Of a DNA stretch of 64,000 nucleotides, positions 57,301-64,000 are shown piece after piece. The stretch spans positions 64,001 through 128,000 of the forward strand of contig CAWJKT010000003.1 in assembly GCA_963843375.1 (NCBI GenBank), in the 5' to 3' direction. Source of the DNA: an uncultured Pseudomonadota bacterium (GTDB lineage: Bacteria; Oederibacteriota; Muellerivitia; Muellerivitales; Muellerivitaceae). The position numbers and the translations under genes are program-made. Positions within the stretch are counted from its first letter, which is position 1, and the number at the start of each line of letters is the position of its first letter. The notes beneath the pieces are model-generated. The model ran no database searches and was not told the DNA's origin. It worked only from the letters and a program-made list of their open reading frames with translations.

Positions 57301-57368
57301 AATGAAACCTCCCGAGCCAAGTAGTGAATGACAAAAACGATTATTTCTGGTTCGAATTAAAACGGCGC

Positions 57369-57396
57369 ATTATAGCAGTAACTTTCAATGGAACAA
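57369..57396 (-). promoter_or_regulatory. promoter for the ppiD-like gene
   Basis: Minus strand TTGTTC-N16-TATAAT with TG extended -10. Confidence 0.5.
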
Positions 57397-57716
57397 TGGA
57401 TTCTCAACGTCTGGTAAACAACTTATAAAAGTAAGATCATCAAAGTTGTTTTCCCTGGTTGGGTTCAAATATAGCGAACTATGTTAAATCGAGAAAGTCA
57501 TCAAGTGTCCAATTTCGTATCTAAGGTGTTACACTTTCCTCGTGAAAAGCCCTGTTGAAAATAAGCAAAAAGCCCGTCTATACTGCGATTACCATGATTA
57601 CTGGATGGTGCCGTGGTCCATTTTGTTCCCGAACGGAAAGCATCAATTTGTGGAAGACCTACTGGATTTGGATGTACCTAATCACCCCAATTCATAATTC
57701 AAAGGCCAAAGGCACA

Positions 57717-59501
57717 ATGTACAAAGGCGGATTTTTCGTAATACCACTTTTTTTAACGATTTGGCCAACTTTTTTGTTGGCGCAGGATTCGGAAAAAGAG
57801 TCGATTTATATTCGGGCCATTAAAGCTGATCCAACCGATGAAACGGCGCACTATAATCTTGGTGTTTGTTATCTGAAAGAGAAAAAGTTCGATCTTGCAG
57901 TTTCAGAATTTCAAAAATCCGTTCAACTGAATTCTTCGGATAAATCGGCCAAGGTGCTTCTTGAAATTTGCGAAGGCAAGGTGGCCCAATCCAATGGAAA
58001 CTATTCTTCCGCAATCACTCACTTTCAAAATGTCATAAAAATAGATCCTGAAAATCCTGATGCAAAACGTTTACTGAACATTTGTAATGCCAAAGTATTT
58101 ATTAATGAAAAAAATTATCCGGCGGCAGTAACTACTTTGAACCAAATGATTGAAGCCGATTCTCGGGATTTTTGGGCCTATCAGACTCTTGGCGTAATTT
58201 ACTTTCAACAGAAAGAGTATAAAAAAGTGGTTGAGTATCTAAGTCAATCAATAAAAATACGAGGAGATTCCGAGGTTTATAAAATTCTTGGTTATTCTTT
58301 TTATCAATTGGGAGATTTTGATAATGCAATTGAAAACTATAAAAAGTCTATTGCTTTTGATTTGGCGAAAGACCCGAAGGATGTCGAAGAAAATTCATTA
58401 GAAGATACCTACTATAATTTAGGGGTTGCTTATAACGATAACGCTTCATATGACGATGCTGCGGTCGAATTCTCGAATGCCTTCAAAATTAATCCTAAAG
58501 ACTCGAATGCCGCGGTTGCCCGGGATTCTGCAGTTGATTCTGCAGTCAACGCTCACATGCAGAAGGCAAGCAACTTTCTACTGAACAACCAATATTCTGC
58601 CGCTATTTCTGAATGGCAAAAAGTTTTGAAATATCAATCCGATAATGCGAAAGCCCAAAATTTTATCGCCGATGCACAAAGGAAATTGGATACGGAAGTT
58701 GAAAAACATTACATGGCGGGTAAATCCGCGTATAAAACCGGGAATTCGGTATTGGCTCTAACTGAATGGAACCAAGCGCTCAAAATGGATCCGAATGTCG
58801 ATAAAGTCTTAAATGCGGTTAGGAACATAAAGGTCAAAAACACGGAACGGGTCAAAGCTTTTTTAGCGGAGGGCGATGAGTTTTATGAGGCTAAAAATTA
58901 TTCTGATGCCTATAGCAGTTACCTAAAGGCGAGTAAGATTAATCCGCATAGTTCTGAGGTGAAATCCCATTTGGAGAAATTGAAAAATAACCAAGTGAAG
59001 GATACGGATGAGGTTTTTAAAAAGGGATTGAATTATTATTTGAAAAACGATTTATTGAACGCAAAAAGATATTTTTTAGAGGCCCAAGAACTTAATCCCA
59101 AAGACTCTCGAATTGGGGGAAATTTATTTAAAGTTCAAAAAGACATCAGCAACAAAGTCAAAGATTTAGATTCGGAAGGCGTTTCGCTTTTTGAGGGTGG
59201 GGATAAGGAAAACTCCAAATCGAAATTCGCGGAAGTTCTTCGTTACAATCCCGACGATGAATTGGCGAACGACTATGTTAAGCGAATGACAGGACAACAA
59301 GCGCAGGCGAAAGTAGATGCCGAAAAGGTTAAAGAATTGTATTATGATGGGGTTAATCTTTACATTAATGGGAAAATCCATGAAGCTATCGCTCAATGGC
59401 AAGAGTGCTTAAAAGAAGATCCCAATAATGTTAATGCACAAGGCAACATTAATAAGGCGATGGTTAAACTCCAGTCCATTGAGAAACTCAGCCAAAACTA
59501 G
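57717..59501 (+). CDS. exported tetratricopeptide repeat protein
   Basis: Signal peptide ending FLLAQ, then many TPRs (AHYNLGVCY, AYQTLG, YYNLGVAY, AIAQWQECLKEDPNN). Confidence 0.85.
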   Translation: MYKGGFFVIPLFLTIWPTFLLAQDSEKESIYIRAIKADPTDETAHYNLGVCYLKEKKFDLAVSEFQKSVQLNSSDKSAKVLLEICEGKVAQSNGNYSSAITHFQNVIKIDPENPDAKRLLNICNAKVFINEKNYPAAVTTLNQMIEADSRDFWAYQTLGVIYFQQKEYKKVVEYLSQSIKIRGDSEVYKILGYSFYQLGDFDNAIENYKKSIAFDLAKDPKDVEENSLEDTYYNLGVAYNDNASYDDAAVEFSNAFKINPKDSNAAVARDSAVDSAVNAHMQKASNFLLNNQYSAAISEWQKVLKYQSDNAKAQNFIADAQRKLDTEVEKHYMAGKSAYKTGNSVLALTEWNQALKMDPNVDKVLNAVRNIKVKNTERVKAFLAEGDEFYEAKNYSDAYSSYLKASKINPHSSEVKSHLEKLKNNQVKDTDEVFKKGLNYYLKNDLLNAKRYFLEAQELNPKDSRIGGNLFKVQKDISNKVKDLDSEGVSLFEGGDKENSKSKFAEVLRYNPDDELANDYVKRMTGQQAQAKVDAEKVKELYYDGVNLYINGKIHEAIAQWQECLKEDPNNVNAQGNINKAMVKLQSIEKLSQN

Positions 59502-59542
59502 AGGTGCCTTTTCTGCCGGTAATATTTGCCAATCAGGTAATA

Positions 59543-59619
<77 letters not shown>

Positions 59620-59637
59620 TTTTGATCAAAAAATTCT

Positions 59638-61188
59638 ATGAATAAAATTTTACTAATTAAAGGACTAACTGTTATTTGCGGTATAGTTTTATTTAATAAA
59701 CCTGAGTTGGTCTTTGCGCAAGTAACAGTCGACGATTCTAGGCCCTTTAGCCAAGGTGAGGTGATTGACCTACCTGGCACAACCGATTATCGGGGGGATA
59801 TACCCCATGAAATCACAATTATTACCAACCCCTTTCCATATCAATCGATCGCCGGAATATCTGCTACGCAAGTCGGATGGATGAGTGTGGGTAGTATGTT
59901 TCCTACATCTTCAAATGCGACCGGGATTGGTATTTTATTTGACGATATCCCTTACCCTTTTGCATCAACAGCGATTTTAAATTGGATGCCGCCAATTGGA
60001 TCGTTTGAATTGTTGAATCTTCCGGTTGGAGCTTGGTGGGGTCCTGGTTCTTCCGTGGGCGCTGTTCAATTTCAAGTTCCGGAGTGGAGCGAAAAGCCGG
60101 AAAATTTTGGTTCCGTTTGGGGTGGTAGCGGAGGGATTTTAGGTGGAATGGGACAATATCAAAATGATAATTTGTCCGTCAGCGCCAATTATCAACATGA
60201 TGTTTTGACCGATTCCAATTCCGCTGACGTTTTTAGTACCTTGTCAAAAATAAATTGGATTGAGAATGACTCGTTTAAACTGGAAAGCGGCTTTTTGGGA
60301 ACCCAAGGGCTTTCTAATGACTCCTGGTACTCTTTTTTCACTTCGATCAAGTTAGAGGGTTCAAATTTCCAGTCCCTTCAAATCAAACCTTTTTTTCAAT
60401 CGGCCCAACTAGGGGGACAAAATGTACAGGAAATCGGCGGCCATATTCTATATCAATTTGATATGGGAGGATTGTTTGAAAGCCATTTAGTGGCAGGTTG
60501 GAGCCGTGATTATTTTGATTCATTATCGAGTTCGGAAGATTTAAGTCAGAAATTTATTCAGAATACAGAAACATTTGATGCGTTAGGCTTTATCAGCGGT
60601 GACCTAGCCTTTCGCTGGGATTTTTCAAGTGATACGGAAACCATTTTCAGTACTTTATTGGGGATGCAAGGGAGTTTGGGTGATTGGTTTCTTTTGGGGG
60701 ACTATTCAAAAGGGACGGATTCAATTTCCTTGGAGGATGTCCAACAAGTTGATTTTGGTGTCCGCTTTCAACCAAACGATTTTTGGAATCTAAGTTGCAA
60801 ATATATTCATGAGCAGATCGGGACGACGGAATTTGACGGAGGAAGGGTTAAATTGCAATTGGATCATTATTCCCGATTTTTAATGGTGTTCAATAAAACC
60901 AGGCTTGAATTAACAGAACAATCACTTCAAGAACAATGGGGCGCTTTAACAAATGATATTGGGGGAAAATTACAATTCAGTCTTTTTCAACAAGATAACT
61001 TTTGGTTTCAAGGTCGAGGCGTATCGAACCAGCCGTTTTATAGCGAGGTGGGGGTAGATTATATGCTAAATAATTGTTTTAAAATTTTCGTCTCCGTTGC
61101 CAATTTGGACAATTTACAGGTATCGTGGCCAGACCCGAACTCGTCGGAAGGTCGTGTTTTTTGGTTAGGAATTGAAATCAAAAGCTGA
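59638..61188 (+). CDS. divergent TonB-dependent-receptor-like outer membrane beta-barrel
   Basis: Signal peptide, plug-like ILFDDIP...FELLNLPVGAWWGPGSSVGAVQF, amphipathic strands, C-terminal VANLDN...EGRVFWLGIEIKS. Confidence 0.6.
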   Translation: MNKILLIKGLTVICGIVLFNKPELVFAQVTVDDSRPFSQGEVIDLPGTTDYRGDIPHEITIITNPFPYQSIAGISATQVGWMSVGSMFPTSSNATGIGILFDDIPYPFASTAILNWMPPIGSFELLNLPVGAWWGPGSSVGAVQFQVPEWSEKPENFGSVWGGSGGILGGMGQYQNDNLSVSANYQHDVLTDSNSADVFSTLSKINWIENDSFKLESGFLGTQGLSNDSWYSFFTSIKLEGSNFQSLQIKPFFQSAQLGGQNVQEIGGHILYQFDMGGLFESHLVAGWSRDYFDSLSSSEDLSQKFIQNTETFDALGFISGDLAFRWDFSSDTETIFSTLLGMQGSLGDWFLLGDYSKGTDSISLEDVQQVDFGVRFQPNDFWNLSCKYIHEQIGTTEFDGGRVKLQLDHYSRFLMVFNKTRLELTEQSLQEQWGALTNDIGGKLQFSLFQQDNFWFQGRGVSNQPFYSEVGVDYMLNNCFKIFVSVANLDNLQVSWPDPNSSEGRVFWLGIEIKS

Positions 61189-61239
61189 AAAACCACGGTA
61201 TTCTTGACCACCTGTGGTAGAAGGTGTTAGCTTGAGGCA

Positions 61240-62166
61240 ATGAAAATTTTTTTTTTCATCTTTCTGGCCCTATTTCCCGCATTAATTAACCGTGCTTGGG
61301 CGCAAGACCCGGGAACAACGGGCGCAGATCTTTTGAAAATTCCTATCGGTGTCCGGCCCACCGCCCTTGGCGGAACTTATTCCGCTATTGGTGATGATGT
61401 CTACGTTATTGGATTTAATCCCGCTGGGCTTGCCCGGGTTTCAAAGTACAGTTTGGGAATTGATCATATCCAGGGGATTGCTGATGTCCAGATAGAATCC
61501 CTCAGCGTCGCTGTTCCGACTAAAAATTATGGAAACTTTGGAATGCAGCTCATCTATCTACACATGCCGGATATTAATAACACACTTGCGACTGATCCTA
61601 TTGTAACCGCCGATGATTTTGTGGTGACCTTTGCAGACGCCCAACAATTTGGAAAAGTTGCAGTGGGCGGGGCATTTAAAACAATTGTTTCGACCTTAGG
61701 CGATAAACAGGCATTCACTCAAGCGGTTGACCTTGGATTTAAGATTCAGCTTTTGGAAACTGATTTTGCGGCAGTAATTCAAAATGTTGGTCCGGCTGTT
61801 CAATTTCAACCTGATCCTCAGGGTCAAGATCCTTTGCCGTTAACTGTTCGTTTGGCGGTCGCCCGTCCGCTGATTGTTTCGCCATCTTCAACACTCCTTG
61901 CAAGTGCGGAAGCTTTTAATATTCGGGATGAGGGAAACCAGGCATCGGTAGGGGCTGAATATTGGCATCGAAGTATTCTTGCGATCCGAGCCGGATACCG
62001 CTTTAGCGAACAAGACAATCTGGGCGGGGGTTTTTCGGCGGGTGCCGCCATTCGTTATAACTTGGGTAAACTTGAATATGAACTTGGATATGCCTGGCGT
62101 CCGGCCCAAGTAAGCTCAAGTTTTATTACCAGTTCCAATATATTTGGCCTTCTTTTGTGGTATTGA
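61240..62166 (+). CDS. PorV/PorQ-family (UPF0164-like) outer membrane protein
   Basis: GADLLKIPIGVRPTALGG.Y.AI.DD....FNPAGLA, DLG, QNVGP, LP..VRL, GAEYW, IRAGY, LGYAW. Confidence 0.8.
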   Translation: MKIFFFIFLALFPALINRAWAQDPGTTGADLLKIPIGVRPTALGGTYSAIGDDVYVIGFNPAGLARVSKYSLGIDHIQGIADVQIESLSVAVPTKNYGNFGMQLIYLHMPDINNTLATDPIVTADDFVVTFADAQQFGKVAVGGAFKTIVSTLGDKQAFTQAVDLGFKIQLLETDFAAVIQNVGPAVQFQPDPQGQDPLPLTVRLAVARPLIVSPSSTLLASAEAFNIRDEGNQASVGAEYWHRSILAIRAGYRFSEQDNLGGGFSAGAAIRYNLGKLEYELGYAWRPAQVSSSFITSSNIFGLLLWY

Positions 62167-62182
62167 TCTTTTTAGACAGAAC

Positions 62183-62211
62183 TTGACAACCCTTTGATGA
62201 GTGAATAAACT
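62183..62211 (+). promoter_or_regulatory. sigma70 promoter for rplU-rpmA
   Basis: TTGACA-N17-TAAACT. Confidence 0.65.
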
Positions 62212-62257
62212 CTCTGGTCTTTGTCGTTGGTGGTCGGTACTTCTAGGGAGGCTTTTT

Positions 62258-62572
62258 ATGTACGCTGTCATTAAAACGGGTGGAAAACAATACCGTGTCA
62301 CAGAAGGCGATGTTATAACCGTGGATAGGCTTCAAGGGAATCCCGGCGATATAATTGAATTTGATCAAATTGTCATGTTGGAAAATAACGGGCAATTGCG
62401 CATTAAACAAAATGAAGTCAAAAGCACGAAGGTTACTGGAAAGATAGTTGCAAAAACCCAAGGAAAGAAAATCAGGGTTTTTCGTTACCGTCGGCGCAAA
62501 AACACAATGAAAACAAAAGGTTCCAGAGCGAAGTATACGACTGTTTCAATTGAAAAAATTTTAATAGCCTAA
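62258..62572 (+). CDS. rplU: 50S ribosomal protein L21
   Basis: MYAVIKTGGKQYRV. Confidence 0.97.
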   Translation: MYAVIKTGGKQYRVTEGDVITVDRLQGNPGDIIEFDQIVMLENNGQLRIKQNEVKSTKVTGKIVAKTQGKKIRVFRYRRRKNTMKTKGSRAKYTTVSIEKILIA

Positions 62573-62606
62573 GTTAAATTAAGTTTGTTTTCAGGAAGGA
62601 ATAATC

Positions 62607-62867
62607 ATGGGTCAGCATAAAGCGGGTGGTTCAACTAGAAATGGTCGCGATAGCAATAGTCAAAGGCTAGGAATTAAGGCTTTTGGAGGTAATTTTGTTA
62701 CGGCAGGGAGTATTTTGATCCGGCAAAGAGGATTAAGGTATAAGCCTGGCGAAAATGTCGGCGTTGGTAAGGATGATACCCTTTTTGCCAAAATTTCCGG
62801 GTTGGTGAGTTTCCGGGAATTCAAAAAGGGATCAAAAATGATAAATGTAGAACCCAAGCAAGGTTAA
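62607..62867 (+). CDS. rpmA: 50S ribosomal protein L27
   Basis: [31 protein letters not shown]. Confidence 0.97.
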   Translation: MGQHKAGGSTRNGRDSNSQRLGIKAFGGNFVTAGSILIRQRGLRYKPGENVGVGKDDTLFAKISGLVSFREFKKGSKMINVEPKQG

Positions 62868-62879
62868 AACTTGATTGTG

Positions 62880-62911
62880 AAAAAAACCCCGCCCTTGGGC
62901 GGGGTTTTTTT
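62880..62911 (+). terminator. intrinsic terminator after rpmA
   Basis: AAAAAAACCCCGCCC-TT-GGGCGGGGTTTTTTT. Confidence 0.85.
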
Positions 62912-62942
62912 GTTTACGGGCCTTTTTTGAAAGTAGATATCC

Positions 62943-64000
62943 ATGATCATCGATGAAGTGACAATTACAGTTGAAGCCGGGGCCGGGGGCGATGGTTGCC
63001 TTAGCTTTCGGCGTGAAAAATATGTTCCCCGTGGCGGGACCGGACGGGGGCAACGGCGGTAAAGGCGGGGATATTTTTCTGGAATCTCGGACGGATGTTA
63101 ATACTCTAGTTGATTTTTTGTATCGTCCAATCTACAAAGCGCATCATGGAGGGCACGGGAAGGGAAAAAATCAACACGGAAAAGATGCGGAGGCAATAAC
63201 CATTCGTGTTCCGATAGGTACCTTAGTTTGGAATGAAAATCAGGAATTAGTTGTGGATATGAAGGAAAATGGCATGAAGTTTTTAATAGCTAAAGGAGGA
63301 AGGGGTGGGAGAGGCAATACTACTTTTGCTACCTCAACCCAACAGGCTCCACGGTTGGCTGAAAGAGGTGAACCAGGAGAAATCAAGACTCTTAGGTTGG
63401 AACTTAGGCTTTTAGCGGATGTTGGAATTGTCGGTTTTCCAAACGCCGGGAAATCTACTTTGCTTTCTCGGGTCACCCATGCTCATCCAAAAATCGCGGA
63501 TTATCCTTTTACAACCCTGGAACCGCAATTGGGAGTAGTGAAGTTGTCTGAAAATAGAAGTTTTGTTTTGGCGGATGTTCCGGGGTTAATCGATGGGGCA
63601 AGTCAGGGAAAAGGGCTAGGAGTGCGCTTTTTGCGACATCTTGAACGGACAAAAATTTTATTGCATTTAATCGACCTATCGACATTGGAAAGCTATCCTG
63701 AACTAACAAAAAGAATTAAAACCATTCAAAAAGAACTAAAACAACATAGCGTTAAATTTCAAAAAATACCGCAATTAATTATTTTGACCAAAACGGACTC
63801 AGCCGCTAACAAGGAATTTCCAAAATGGATGAACAGACTTGAAACTAAAAAAATAAAAACTATGTCCGATTTCCGCAGTCACGGGCCAGGGATTGAACCA
63901 ATTGCTTGAGGAGACGTGGTCATTGTTATCAGAAATTAAAAAAAGGAAATCGCCGAAAAAAGTTTAAAGCCTAAGAAAGTGGTCTATGAAACTCAAATCA
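62943..64000 (+). CDS. obg: GTPase Obg/CgtA (indels near 63037 and 63865; continues past the window end)
   Basis: MIIDEV...[50 protein letters not shown], then PISAVTGQG in a shifted frame. Confidence 0.95.

Overview
Core-chromosome segment of a diderm bacterium. It carries BamA, TamB-like, Lol and PorV-like genes together with Firmicutes-like traits (mcsA-mcsB-clpC, purS/purQ/purL, tsaC-ywlE-rpiB, DUF4321-maf). A poorly characterised lineage such as an Elusimicrobiota/FCPU426-like group is only my inference. Gene order: glgP >< zapA-like, zapB-like, pheT <> prfB (programmed +1 frameshift), lysS, lolC/E, lolD, mcsA, mcsB, clpC, tamB-like, bamA, surE, nfu, purB-S-Q-L-F, [diguanylate cyclase, sseB, tiny lipoprotein], purM, [WaaL-like TPR protein], purN-H-D, tsaC, ywlE, rpiB, lipoprotein, rpmB, recG, rsmD, coaD, yceD, rpmF, plsX, fabH-D-G, acpP, fabF, rnc, DUF4321, maf, ppiD-like, TPR protein, tRNA-Gly(CCC), TonB-dependent-receptor-like, PorV-like, rplU, rpmA, obg (runs off the end). 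I saw no mobile element, CRISPR array or rRNA. About 15 genes, several normally essential, are broken by 1-nt indels; I read these as sequencing/assembly errors and annotate the genes as reconstructed CDSs. I found no unambiguous new system. The best leads are a TamB-like protein with a C-terminal FN3-like domain, a phosphoarginine/ClpC module inside the Lol-Tam-Bam locus, a WaaL-like protein lacking its canonical catalytic residues, an unlisted 53-aa Thr/Pro lipoprotein, a structured purB leader, and a TPR/TBDR-like/PorV-like module.
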